Positions 12,562 to 26,400 of a stretch of 64,000 nt of DNA are shown here, piece by piece. Each line of letters opens with the position of its first letter. The first letter of the stretch is position 1. The translations under genes and the position numbers were made by a program. Source of the DNA: Tubiluchus corallicola (taxonomy: Eukaryota; Animalia; Priapulida); the NCBI GenBank assembly GCA_030141605.1, contig JAQGDQ010000026.1:248001-312000 (forward strand). The letters are read 5' to 3'. Under the pieces are notes generated by a model. That model was given only the letters and a program-made list of their open reading frames with translations. It had not been told where the DNA came from and made no database searches.

Positions 12562-13417
12562 CTGGATGTATACAAGTTTAGTTCTTCAAACACAGAGGTA
12601 AACCTATGGCACTCACTACCCGAACGTGTTATCAATAGCACTTATAGGTCGGCGCCTTCAAAACGCATACACGTAATAGAAATCTCCTATACTAGTGCCT
12701 AAGCTGGTACACAAGGAACTAGAGCGTTTCCCCAGATAAACTATGCTCAGTAGACAATAAGATAAACTGATTAGATGCAAAAAAGTGGTCATTCGTCTAA
12801 CATTCATCCACTCACCATCAAGTACAGGATAATCAAAGAGTGTATTGTAAATGGAAACACTCGCTACCAGGTGAGTTTTTTTAAGTTTGAATCCATTGAA
12901 ATATAAAGTTATAGATTCGAGAAATTGGACATTTCAACTATATACATTACTTATCATTGCACCATCGTGCAATCAGCATATTTAATTACCTGTAATTTCT
13001 GTGCACAAATTTTAAACAAAATTGATTGTTAGTTTTTTAGATGCAGAATGAAATTAAATAGTATGTATGATATTTGCAAGACCACTTTTTATTAATGATT
13101 CGAAAATCTTTACAGCTGACCAATTCGATATTGAATACAGTTTGATTCGAGTTTAAAAATCACCAATTTGATTTGAATTCACTTCTGGTAGAGCATTCAG
13201 TGAACAATTTTTACATTGTCTTTCGTTGTGTCACACAACTGCATTATTATTCAGTCTCGCAGCGTCATTTGAAATAATATATAATTTATATTATAAAATT
13301 ATTTATTGCCATTGTTATACATACATAACACAACAGGAGCAGTAGTACTAATGATATTTGTAATGTGCAGTAATGACGTCATTTGCCACTAGTTTTCACC
13401 TTTTCACCATGTGCAAT

Positions 13418-14855
13418 TATTGAGGAGATCTGGAATATTCTATAGTATAGTAGAACAATCTTCTTGTGCATTTCGACCCAGACAAGCCTCTGGGATTGAC
13501 TTGTGACACGTCCAATGTTGGAATTGGTGCTGTCCTGTTTCATCACTATCCGGATGGCAGCGAGCGCCCAATTGCCAATGTGTCCAAGACTCTCACGGCT
13601 GCAGAAAGGAACTACAGCCAAATACACAAGGAAGCCCTAGCCATCATCTTCGGCTTGCGGAAATTCTACCAGTAACTCTACAGGCATCATTTCATACTGG
13701 TGACTGATCATAAGGCACTGACGTCACTCTTCGGATCGAAGAAAGGGACGCCACTTCTTGCAGCTAATCGTCTAGCTTGATGGGCCCTATGGCTGAACCA
13801 GTTTGACTACACCATCGAGTACTGGGAAACAGCAGATCACGGCAATGCAGATGCCCTTAGTCGCTTGCCACCTGGAGATGACAACAACTTTGACAGGGAG
13901 GAAAATGGTGAAGAGATGGACATGGTATATGCCATCAAAGTTCTTAGTCTTCAAGTCAAGCCTGTGGATGCCTACATCCTCCGACAAGAGTCAGGGAAAG
14001 ACCCAGTGTTAGCTACAGTCATGCGTTACGTCCGAGAAGGATGGCCGCCCAAGCACGCTGAGATCAACGAAGAAGTTGAAAAGTTCCAGAAGTTCTCGGA
14101 TTCACTCAGTGTCTGCCACGGATGCTTCATCCATGGATCAAGAGTTGTCCAAGATCCTGGATCTACTGCACATCGGGCACTTCGGCATGGAATGCCTGAA
14201 GCAGTTGGCAAGAACTGCTGAATACTGGCCCGGTATCGATGCGGCTATCGAGATGGCTAGCCGACTATGTGACTCGTGTGGAGAACATCAAAACAAGCCA
14301 TCCAAGCCTGCAGTTCACCCATGGATGCTACCAGAGAAGCCATGGAGCCGCTTACACCTGGATCACGACATTAACTTCATGGGTACGAACTGGCTGGTGA
14401 TCACGGATGCTTATCCAGAGTATGGACCGGACAACCCCAGATGATCTAAGAGAATACCCAAGCCGAGAGAGAGACTTTGTTGCTGATGCTTTGGAGGTAG
14501 CATCAGTTTCGGTGGGGAGGTGTTGTGGAGATCTGGAATATTGCATAGTATTGTAGAACAATCTTCTTTCCTTGTAGAAGGTTAGAGAACTTTCTATACA
14601 CGATGCGCATAGTAGTTTCTAGATTGTTCATTTGCACTGATATATAAGGCGGAGCCGGCCGCTCGAGTTTATTCTCGTATTCTCAGATTAATTTCAGATT
14701 CTTGCTTTCCGTTTCCAGATTATCACTTGACTCTACATATTTTGCATTCCTTCATACTCCGTGCTGTAGAATTCTCGCACAATAAACTACTTTTAATTTG
14801 ACGACGTGTTTTTTTATTTTCTCTACGAGCCGTCCGAGAGAAACAAAACACAACA
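13418..14855 (+). mobile_element. Internally deleted Ty3/Gypsy LTR retrotransposon
   Basis: TSD GCAAT at 13413-13417 and 14856-14860. A 48-nt 5' LTR stub (13418-13465) is followed by RNase H (LVHFDPDKPLGLTCDTSNVGIGAVL...ERNYSQIHKEALAIIFGLRKFYQ), the integrase HHCC region (LHIGHFG...YWPGID...CDSC) and the start of the core (PWSRLHLD). PPT ggtggggagg at 14511-14520. Stops and frameshifts are present. Confidence 0.93.
14521..14855 (+). repeat. 3' LTR (335 bp) of the Gypsy element
   Basis: TGTTGTG...CACAACA termini, preceded by the PPT, with TATA-like tatataa at 14641, aataaa at 14781 and the TSD immediately after. Confidence 0.9.
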
Positions 14856-15219
14856 GCAATAATAACGTAGTAAAGCAGCTACAATAACATTATTAATTAC
14901 TAGCTAAAGAATTTCTGAATTCTAGAATTGTAGCATGGCTTTCAGACTCTAGAAGGATCATAAAAAATGGAACTTGGCCTATAGTACATTATCTATTGTG
15001 ATTTTTGCCTATTGTGACCTTGACAATAATGAGTAATGAGCTTCAGTAACAAGTAATGAACAATTATTGACTGACACAGCTCCATGAATTTGTCTTCTTA
15101 CACAGTACAGAAATGGCTAATTTAAAGACATCCTTAGTTTCAGTTTTGTCTTTTTGCTAAAATCACTTTTGTTAACCGGGTGCACAATATGGATTATGCT
15201 GAGCTGGCTTTTCAACATA

Positions 15220-16470
15220 CCACCATAAATGACTTAGGTAACCGTAAATACAAAGATGCCATCTTACCTAATAAAATTAAAGTCAATGGAATGGAAACAA
15301 GTAACCAGGCAATTATATGTGATGCTTTCAATGAACACTTTACCTTTATAGGTAATAAGCTAGTTACTAAAATCCAAATTACTAACACTAGTCATAATGA
15401 CTTTCTTAAAAACCCAGTACAAAACACGTTTTTCATTGCCCCAATTCATGAACAGGAAATTCTTAATGAGATAAACAACCTTAATAGTAATAAATCTTCA
15501 GGACCAGATGAGATACCCATCCAAAATAATTAGTCATGTACTTTCTCCTCTGCTAACTGATGTATTTAATAAATCAGTTGCAGAAGCTGTATTCCCTGAT
15601 AAGCTAAAAATTGCTAAAATTGTTCCAATATACAAAGCTGAATCACCAAATGAATTAAATAACTGTAGACCTATTTCATTACTTTCCCCAATATCAAAAA
15701 ATTTTGAAAAATTTGTGTATAATCGTCTTGACCCTTTCTCGACAAAATTTAACATACTAACAGATTTTCGGTTTGGTTCTCGCAAAACATACTCTACTGC
15801 TCTAGCTACATCTGAATTAGTTGATAGAATACTGGAAAATGTTGATAATAAATTGTACACGTGTGGAATTTTTCTGGATCTACAAAAAGCATTTGATACT
15901 GTCCAACACAATATACTAATCGATAAACTTAACCACTATGGTATAAAAGGCCATGCACTTGAATTCTTTGTTTCGTATCTTACGAATCGCAAGCAGTTTA
16001 CTGCCATTGGGGATATAAAATCTAAATTAGCTCAGGTCACATGTGGGATTCCTCAGGGCTCTACCTTAGGACCATTACTATTTTTATTGTATATTAATGA
16101 CCTCCCTGATTGTACTAATTGTTACAGGGACCATGCAACACCTTATTATAATCAACTAAGAATTTTAAAAATAACTGATATCTATAACCTAGAAATGGCT
16201 AAATTTGTTTTCAAATTCAAGAATCATAAGCTATCTAAACTATTTAATGGATACTTGAGTAAACCTTCAGCTTTGCATAACTACCAAACGCAGTTTGCAT
16301 CAAGAACCACCTACAGTGTCAAAAGATGCAACACAAACAAAGCTGAACGTTCATTCAAGTATCAAGGCCCACGAATTTGGAACTCTATTCCTCAGAAGTT
16401 CAAAAACAAATCTCTTAATTACCTTGTGTCAAACTACAAAAACATGCTTATTTCTTTTTATACGTAGTCT
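15220..16470 (+). mobile_element. 5'-truncated, internally deleted LINE (CR1/L2/Crack-group) ORF2 fragment
   Basis: NKSSGPDEIP, FPDKLKIAKIVPIYK, RPISLLSPISK, IFLDLQKAFDTVQH, GIPQGSTLGPLLFLLYINDL, then an abrupt jump to the C-terminal HATPYYNQLRILK...GPRIWNSIP. The YADD motif is missing; frameshift near 15520. Confidence 0.92.
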
Positions 16471-16759
16471 TGGAACTGTTTACACAACTAAAACTTAAAC
16501 TAATATTACACTCAATTTGAACTCGCCAACCCGTATATACATATGAATGGTAAAAACTCACTTATTATATGTGCTGAAGATCTTAACCCTAACTTACAGT
16601 GATACTAGCCATGAATTTTGCCATAGAGATAGTAAAAACAGAAATAGTAACAATGCCATCTTTACATATATTATTGCACTGCTACTTGTGAAATTGTATT
16701 TTATGTTATGTTTATCAATTGCCTGTTAGTCTTAACAACTTTGTTTTTTTTTTGCTAGG

Positions 16760-16946
16760 TATGCACATTTATGTTTATGTGTATATGTACATGTTTGTGT
16801 ATGTATATGTGTGTGTATATGTGTGCACATACTATATATATATGTGTGTATGTATATGCGCATAAGTAAGCGCATGTATCCAATTAGGTATATAATATAT
16901 ATGTATGTATGTATATGTACACGTGTATATATATATATATATATGT
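16760..16946. repeat. Degenerate (TA)/(TG) microsatellite
   Basis: Directly visible alternating tatg/tgta run. Confidence 0.9.
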
Positions 16947-19900
16947 AGCCATTAGTACTATTCATTATAATGTAATTTTACAGCAGATAGAGGCCTCATG
17001 ACTATCGAGATGCCTTACTGGAAACGTGCCATATTCAGTACTAACATGTAAATGAAAGTTAAGAGGTAAGGCAATTCTAACTGCGTAAATTTACACATTG
17101 CTTAGAATATCAACATTATTATGCCTTTTTGTCCATGATATTTATGTTCAAATTTAAACTTAATCTAAATAGTTTTACACACCTTATTCTGAAATCTTCG
17201 TCAAGATAACTGCACATATTACTAATAGCAGCATTACTTACAGGGTGGTTGACTTTGGCAACTTTTAGTTTTTCGCCACTATTTCATCAATCACTTGAAC
17301 ATCATTAACTCAGATAATTTACTCATTTAATAATCTTGTCACTTTGTATCATATTATCATTTCATGCTCTGTGTTTTTCTTGTAAAAAAGGTGATAAATA
17401 AAGATACTTACTTACATATTCAGAAAATTCAGCATATTAAACTTAAATTATTCTTATTGTGTTGATAATCATCCTTACTGTCATTTTAAAATGTTACAAA
17501 AGTGAGGCAACTTCGAATGATGATGAACAAGTGTAATTTTTTTCTTCAAAAATATCGTTTTAATACAAATTACTAAGGATTGCATATTATTTCTAATCTA
17601 CAGTTAGTGCTCTTTATCTCTCACAGTAACATAATAAATTATAATGCATGTATTGTTAAATTAAACATTCATTTATTAACCTAACTGCTAATATACATAA
17701 AATTATATGTTAGTTACGTCAGTTTTTTTAGAAACTACCAATTTAGGAAACTGAGCTGGTTAAATTAATTTATTGTCTTATCTCATTACTCACTAGTGCT
17801 ACCTGTGATCACTTACTATTTTAGAATATTAAAAGGATGGCTGACTTGACCTTTCGGTCGGTTTGCTATCCTCTCTCAATTTCACTTATTACTAGTAATA
17901 AGGCCAAATTTATCTGTATACTATTCAACTATTACACCCTTGCAGACTGGAAGTGATTACTGTACATTTGTAAATCGGAGAAAAAATAAATTTCAATTCA
18001 ATATCACAACCAGTTCACAAAAAACATTTTATTCAAAAGACTCAAATAATATTCATAATATGGTCTGTATCAGTAATGAATGTAACACATCACATCAAAG
18101 AACTTTCAAAATAATAGCTGTATCAAGTCAAAAACTAGGGAGTACCCCCAGCAGCAATCATTGATACATTTATTATACTCACCAAATTGCAAAAATTTTG
18201 ACAGGACTTAAAGCAATCTTACCTTATCAGTACAGCTGTGAAACAGCAAACAAATTTAACATGTCAAAGTTCCTGTCGTTTTCTTTAGCACTCTGGATCA
18301 TAAACTGAAGCTATAATACCTCAGAACTAACATACAAACCTGCTAACTCAACAATCTTTCTAAAGTTTATGTTTCTGTTTCATAATCTATAGCTTGGTGA
18401 GGTTTAATGTGAAAAGCAGGACATATCACACATAATCGGACTATCATCAACTTTAAATGCCACTATAGATTCTGCAGTTTATACTTACTTCAGTGAGATG
18501 GAAATGTTCTGTTTTTCACAATAAATCCTTTGAAATCAAGACAGCAATCATTAAAAACAGAGTGCAAAAATCTTCTTTTAAAATTTCCGAAAGGCAGTGT
18601 TAAGACAGCGTTAAGGTTTTATACTCAGTACTTTACAATAATTACACATTAAATATAAGTTTTGTGGCATTATAAAATTCTGAAATAGAAACACAAAGCA
18701 TTAGCCAGTAAAACAGCACTGGATCATCAACAAGGCTTTAACCTTAATAAGCATCACCAGTCAACCAGTAAGACAAGGACAATTCTTGATGCACACAACA
18801 ATGTTACCTATTAATAAAAATCTAAACAAAATTTAAAATAGAGCACCATGATTGCAAAATGTGTTTTTAGGCTTACAATAATGGTGTCAAAACTATTACA
18901 ATGTTTATAGAACAAATGAGAAACATTTGGTACTCAACTCTGCCACTTGTCACATTCAAACTAAATTCTTCAAAAATATCAGCCGGATTCAGCAAGCCAC
19001 ACACGGCAAACACATAGCACAATCATTGACAATACTAAAATGTAGCTATGGTCTTCTTTTGATAAATATGTCATAATACTGTACATTTATATAAATAGTC
19101 AAGTGCACACAAGATTTAGGACAAACAAATGCAAAAAATGTACTTATTTGATGGCAAATGTGACAGCAAATAATATTAATGAAGAAATGATATCATAAAA
19201 TGCGCCATTACACCAATCACTAATCGGCCCACTAGTAAAACTTAAACTATGATCAAAAAGCCAAAAAAATTTGAGGCTATGTTGATGAGCGTCTGAACCG
19301 ATAATATGCTGTAATTATTGCACTGCATATGTATCTGTGAGCTTAGGTAGATAGGTTTAACTTAACATAATAAAAAGCTCGCATACGTTGATGAGTAGCA
19401 CATCAGTTGTGAATTGTTTTAGAATGCTGATTGCAGAAATCTGAATGCTTAAGTTAACTGTGAAATTCTCAAACACAAAACCGATGACAACGTGGTCATT
19501 ATTACTTATGGAAACATGTTGCAAAAGTGCAAGCTGTAAAACAGTTGCTACACTTTGCAAGTTACTTAGTAAAAATGTGAAGTTAGTACAAGCTGCCAGT
19601 ATTAAATTTCAAAAATGCAAGCACATGGTTTAAGACCAAGGTGCATAAATTTGTCAATATTTGGTTAATATGATAATTAAGGAATAACTGTAGAACATCT
19701 CAAGTTTTGTACCCGCTAATGACACAGCTGCAATTGTAAGTGAATGAAAAACCCTGTAGTGTTTTCAAACACTACAACAAAATGCATTTGTTTGTAATAT
19801 AAGTTAATGTTTAATAGCTAGTAAATATGAAAATTATAAACTGCCAAAAATTAGCTGCTCCTGCTGATGCATTTACGTGTATCAAATGGTTCTCTGTCGA

Positions 19901-20434
19901 CACTAGATAAGCGGCAAACATAAAATTTCTATTCTCTCAGGCAAATTAAATTATACAAATACTGGAACAAAACATCATTTTAAAAACTAAAACGACCTTC
20001 CTTTTTCAATATTTCATTGAGTAAATTAGATGCTCACACCAAACACAAACAGACAGCACACTTGTACACATGCACATATATAATAAGTGATCTCAAACTC
20101 TCGATCACACACCAATTCACAATTATACCAAAATCTGTGACTGTTAACTGGAGAACATCTAATAGCAGCAAAGTAAAAAATAAACATATCAAAAAGCGGC
20201 ATCAAACACAAGGCTGTACAAGTACTATGACTACAGGCCAAGAAAATAATCACAAAATATGTAAAGTTCGATCAGAATGGCAACTAAACTATGCAACTAC
20301 TACCAAAAAAGCGTAAAACAGTAAAACGTAATAGGAATTCATACTTGAATGAGCTTTATATACAGTTAGTGTAATATCACAATGAACAATGAGATGATAC
20401 TTCATTAGGCAGTTCTACTGGGAGTAAACCTGTG

Positions 20435-23400
20435 TCATTTCTTGTAGTATTCTTCAGCTTTTCCACCCCAACGCAGTCGAACACGGGGTCCCGTCCGCCA
20501 GCTGACTGTAGGGTCAGTAGCTGCTTGAGCGAAAATCGGGATTACAGAAAGTTCTCGAACAAGCCATGCTACAATGAAGTCAACTTTACCAAATGGAAGA
20601 GGTCCATTCTGAAACACACATAACTTATATAAGGTAACTAATTATTACATCTTGTAACAGCTAGTAATTTTGTTCTGGTAACAGAAAATAAATTAAGGCT
20701 GCATGCTAATAATAGGTATTAAAGTGAATAAATGATCAAAGACATCGTAACACAAACTATTTTGGCATTGGAGCTCAAACAATATAAAAATATTCTCTGC
20801 AAACTCAGTGCAAAAAAACTACAAATTACTCATTAAGTTGGAACTAAAATACTTGATTAAGAAGATTTAATGTCACACATTGCTGGGTTTACATCAGCTT
20901 ACCCAACATAGACATTTGGGATCTGCTAGGACTAGACTGAAACTCAATCCCTTCGATCAGACAGCTCGCAAACCTGGTCCGGTCTTACGCCTTATGCATT
21001 CCACTACACAGTAAACCATGTGCGTATTACTAACTAAATGTGATAATCTATGTCTGATTTAATCTGCTGGTTAAATTTAATAATAGCTACAATGTAAACA
21101 GTACCGAGATAACATTTTCTAACTGATTTGCTATTCGATTATGACATTAACCACCAAAATTTAGACAAAAAATTTTCTAAAGGTTTCCGAACCAAATATT
21201 ACTTTATGAATAACATGGAAAGTGATAATTAAGTCTTAAGTGGCATTTACACGATCCCAAATGCATTATGCATTATTTTTTCTGCAGCTATTCCTATTGA
21301 TTTTTTTAGACGCTTCTGGATATGCATTATCAATAATGCATAACGCATTCCAGATGTCTGGTGAGTGCTGCATTACAAGATAGCAAAAGGAAATGTAATG
21401 TGTAAAAGAAACAGGAGACTTTACCTGGACGGTTTTTAGCATGATATAATCTAACAGGAACCATATCAGAACATGGACCAGGAAACAAACCAGGAAACTC
21501 CATTGGAACAGTTGTTGCATTGCCAGTGATGCAGCTGCACCCATTACCACACACTCTGACATTGGCTCAAAGAATAAGAGTATTGGTATCATGTTGATAC
21601 GTAACTTAGTCCACCTGTAACAGTAACTTGATAAAAATTTCTTGCACAGTTATTAATGCAATAAAAGCAATATACTGGATCTGCAAAGAAAAGGCATTAA
21701 TGTACAGGATTAGTTCTTCAAAGTGAGAGCATTATTCTTAAGAAGCTCACTGCATTAATGAGAGACAAATTGATTTACGGCTGTGCTATGAAAATCCTAT
21801 ATCTGTTTTGACAGATCATTCTTGAAAGAGATAAGTTACTTCATCAATAACGGTGTGCTACATGAACATAGTAATCTCCAAAAAATGCACTGCCTTATCG
21901 TAGTGCCTTACTTCCAAACACAATCTCACAATATTGCTAAATTTCAGTTGCAGGTTTAAACACAAAATGGTAGAAAAGATACTGTAAAATTCTATGGGTT
22001 TACTAGCATATATAGCAGAATGGCCTGCTTCTTAATTTTACTCCAAGAATTGCTGGTTTTGACTGGTTTCAAAAATGTTTTGCATAAAGTAGGGAGAAGC
22101 GGACCACTCCAGCCTTGAAGGTTTTAATGGTTCAGTACAGCAAACGCTTGTTGTAACAGGCTCTGGATATAAAAAACAATATGTCCAGATCAGGACCTCA
22201 GGTCAGTGAGTGATATGCATTCCGCATCAGATAAGATAATCAGTATGAGGTATTATGAAGCAAGTCCCAGTGCTAAGATATTCATTCACATCCATATTTA
22301 TGACAACATACAGACATGTTTACATTGTGTTTACTGTTTACAGGTATGTTCACTTGTTGTTTTTTTCCAACAAGGTGTACTGTACAAAAGCCAGCTAGTT
22401 ATTGCAGGGCATTATGAACTATTTTTCCTCCAATTAGCCCGTTAGCCTGTTACAATGAAGATTTATTGCAACGTTTTCTAAAGCCGCCCTCCTATTATGG
22501 AACTTGATATGTATTTCTGTCTCATTAGAGCTTGTACGGGTGAAGTTAATAAAAAAATATTACCGCACTAATCTTCCTTGGAAGCTTGAAATACTGCAAT
22601 TGCCGGAATTCTGCCACGCTGGTTCACCACAAATTTTTACTCGCCATCCCCTAAAAAAATATTATTTTGCATGAATGCTCTCATAATTGTTGATGTGACA
22701 GAAGTTAATTCACAAAACTTATTGAAAATGCAACAGCTGTAACAGATTACCATTACACTTGCAGAAGACTAAAAATAATAAAAAAGGAGCCATCAAATGC
22801 AGTTTTTTTTCTAGTCCCTAATGTAAACATACAATGTAGTTAAGGAACTTTCTGTGAGTCAAGCAATGCTTAATTAAGGAAGTGTTTTAAAGTTTTGTCA
22901 TGGTGTTTTGTTTTACACTCGTTAACAGATGTTCTTTCTTATACTTTAACATTTTTAAAATGCGGCATTTTTAAGTGGTTTATTTTGTAGATAAACTGCT
23001 TTGTTTACCGTGTTAAAATAAAATACTGTTTCAGTGTTTCTGCATTGGTACCACAGCTTAATAAAAAAAAGCATACGAAATTTCAGTAATAAATCATGTG
23101 TAAATGAAATATAAGGTAAAGCAATACCTTATATTTCTGTAGTTTATACCTTACTGTCATAGGACACTTTGATCAGTATAAACCATATATATATAAAAAC
23201 TTAGTTTTAAGTCTAGCAAGTATAATTAAACCTAATATTCTGATGATCTTTATCTAGCAGGCTTTTATTCTTATGATAGTAGCACTGATGCGGAAAATGC
23301 AGGAAAGTAAGGAAATGTGCTGTAAACCTAATTGACAAGTAACCAAACTACGAAGTAGTGCATTAGTTACTTTCTTAAATATGTTAAAGTGCTAATAATA

Positions 23401-26400
23401 ATTATTCGATGCAAGTGTAAGTTAATAAAATAAAATGTAGTAAATACCGTAATTAAAGGCATATTTTAAGCTTTTAATATGCAATACCTGTCTAGAAATG
23501 CTTTGGCCATAAAATAATCCTCAGCAATATACTGCGCAAAAACTTGCAAGCCGCCTGCATCATCAAGAACGCATTTTCTCATTACCGATGACATTCCAGT
23601 AGTGCAATTAATTCTTAGTAAATCGGCCATTAGATATATCCTGGCATGTGCACCACCAAAATAAACCTGCAGCACATGAAACACATTTTATGTTAAGTTC
23701 CAAGGCTACTTTTGCATTAAATATAAAAACAACACATTTTATCAATAAATAACTATTAGAAACAGAATGCTTCATTAGCTGACAGTTTTATTACCATGAA
23801 ATTCACAATGAGCAAAATTTTATTGCTAATCAGCTTGATTAAATGCTCTGATTAGGGATTACTGAAACATATTGTTCCTGAGCTCACATACCCCAATATT
23901 CAAGCAATGTGTTCAAACAAAATCACATTCTTGTCTTAAAAAAGACAAATAATCACAGCTAGTGATTCTAAATAACCACCAGGTAATGAGAGGTAAAATT
24001 TATCCAGAAACAATTTACTCTGTCTCTGCGAACAATAAGAACCAATAATTAAGCCTTTTAATTATTGCAAACTATATTTTATTAAGCTGTAGCAAAATGA
24101 TTCACATTGTAACACTCTTACATACTCGTAATCGGCAAGCCAATCATAAAATGTTTAGCTTATAGAAAATCATTCAACAATGTGCACAGGATTCACAAAA
24201 TTATATTTGATGAAACCATATTAAGGTGTTACCACACACTGCTTATATAATAACGAAGGGCTATCAAGTACAAGTATCAGAGGTATACCTTTTCCAACGT
24301 TCCTGCAAAGAGTTTTTCTAAGCTGTCAGGTCCAGTTTTGCGATCACATTTGTAAGGCATCTGATGGACCATGCCCACTCTATCATTCAATGTATTGACC
24401 ATCTCCGTTAATGTGTCCTCCTTCACTGTAATGAGAGAAAATTATTCTTAGAAATTTTACAAGCTGCCAAAATAACCATAGTTTAGTATTGTTATTTTAC
24501 ACAAGCCAAATATTACAGAATAAGGAATGTAATATAGAAAACCTAATGGCCATGAAAATTTGCCATCTGGTAATGTTAAACAAAATGCAGAATAATTATG
24601 ACACAACATGAAGAACATGACTAGTAAGAACAAGGTCAACACAACCGTATGCATCAATGGAAACTCAAAGAAACGTAGTATGATGCATAACTGTAAAATG
24701 TAAACAAGTACTCACTTCGTAAACCGCTGTCAGACACCATAACTAAATCATATTTAGCTGCTTCATATGCCGGCATCATATTGTTGATTTTTGGATTTAC
24801 ACCTACAGGTTTGCCACCTGAAACAAAAATTATGATTAAATTTCATTACATTCGTGAGTTTTCTACAATATGGATAATATGTGTGCCTTCGCAAACTATT
24901 AGTCTACCAAGTCATGAGTATTTCTTGTATAAACATGTTTATTTAAATATACAGAATTGTCAATAAAGCAACAAGCTGTTTAACTCAAGATTCTTTTGTA
25001 TAAGTATTAAAAAAATTAATACCCACTCGCACCCACTCTAAAGACAGTTAAATAAGATACACTTACAATTATAAGAAGAACACTGCCTATTTTTTTTACA
25101 GATAAGCATTATAATAAATGAAGTAACTGATGTCAATCAGACAGATTATGTAACAGATTATAACAGAAATATAAGCTACAAAAATGATACAATCATAATT
25201 ACCAATCATTAAGGGCTAATTACTAATTATCAATGACATTGCTGAATTAATTATAGATTGTGTATTCGAATTGTTTGACGGGAGAGACATTCAGTTTTGG
25301 TTTAATCTTTGCTTATGCAATGCTGTGCATCTCGGTGTGTTTGGCCAGGGAAAGAAAAAGCGGCAAAAACCCGAATCCTGAAGAGGTGTATCTCGATGAC
25401 TCTTGCTGCGTAAGTGATGGATGGTCTCCACAAGTCTGTATTTCTTTTAATCACGAAAATTTGCCACAGAATCAATGCAATTCAGGAAAAGAATGTTTTG
25501 ATTTTTTTATTGATTTCTTTTATCATAATTCATACAAATTTCTAAATATGCAAAATTTATAATTTACATGAGGAACATTGCAACCTGCCAGTATCAAAAG
25601 AAACACACACCAGTCATTAAGCACATGCTGCATTTTTTATGCCAAATTATGTGAATAATGAAACTGTATCATAATATTTGAGCATGCAGTTGTTTATTGC
25701 TATGATATAATGATTTATTACAGATAAAGAAGATATAATAATAGAAAAAATTCCTTTTGGATACATACAATAAAAAACTCTAAACTCTAAAGTGTCTATC
25801 TGCCATCCGTTGCAAAAAACACATGATGTTTTAACAAACAAAAATTAAAGTAAACAAAATATAAGCAATTTTCTTTTTGTAAAACTGTAAAAGAAAAACA
25901 GTAACTTGAGGATATCTGTCAGGAAATTTATAAATTTTTCTGTCCTAAAAATTATTATTTTTGTATTAAAAACACAAAATAGAATAGTTTAAACCCTTAA
26001 CAATTTTACGTTTTTTTCTGGCAATCTTAACGTCGACATAGGCTTATATGAGTGTGTTTAATGTAAGAATGTTACTGTAGCACAGCACTATATTGATTCA
26101 CTTTCCATGGTTAATTGTTTAATAAAATTAATGAAGTGGATTGCCTTGGATCCCTTTGAAGATAGAAGTACAATTCCAGATTCCAAATCGATTCTGACTT
26201 GGAAATTATACGACAGAAATAAAAAAGAAAAGAGAGAAAGAGAACAAAAGAAAAGTAAAGACAGTGGTTAAAAGGATGCCAAAGAGACTGCTAAAAACAG
26301 AAACAAAAATATAATGGTAAAACAGGCAAAGCTAAATACTGCATCATAAAAAAGACAGGCAATGACTACAAGGCTGATTTAAGTTTATTAATTTAGCGCT

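Noticed and set aside
20405-20437. Stop-codon readthrough at the UGCG TGA-C
   Set aside because: The context TGA CAC is not the strong TGA CTAG motif, and the short extension shows no recognisable signal.
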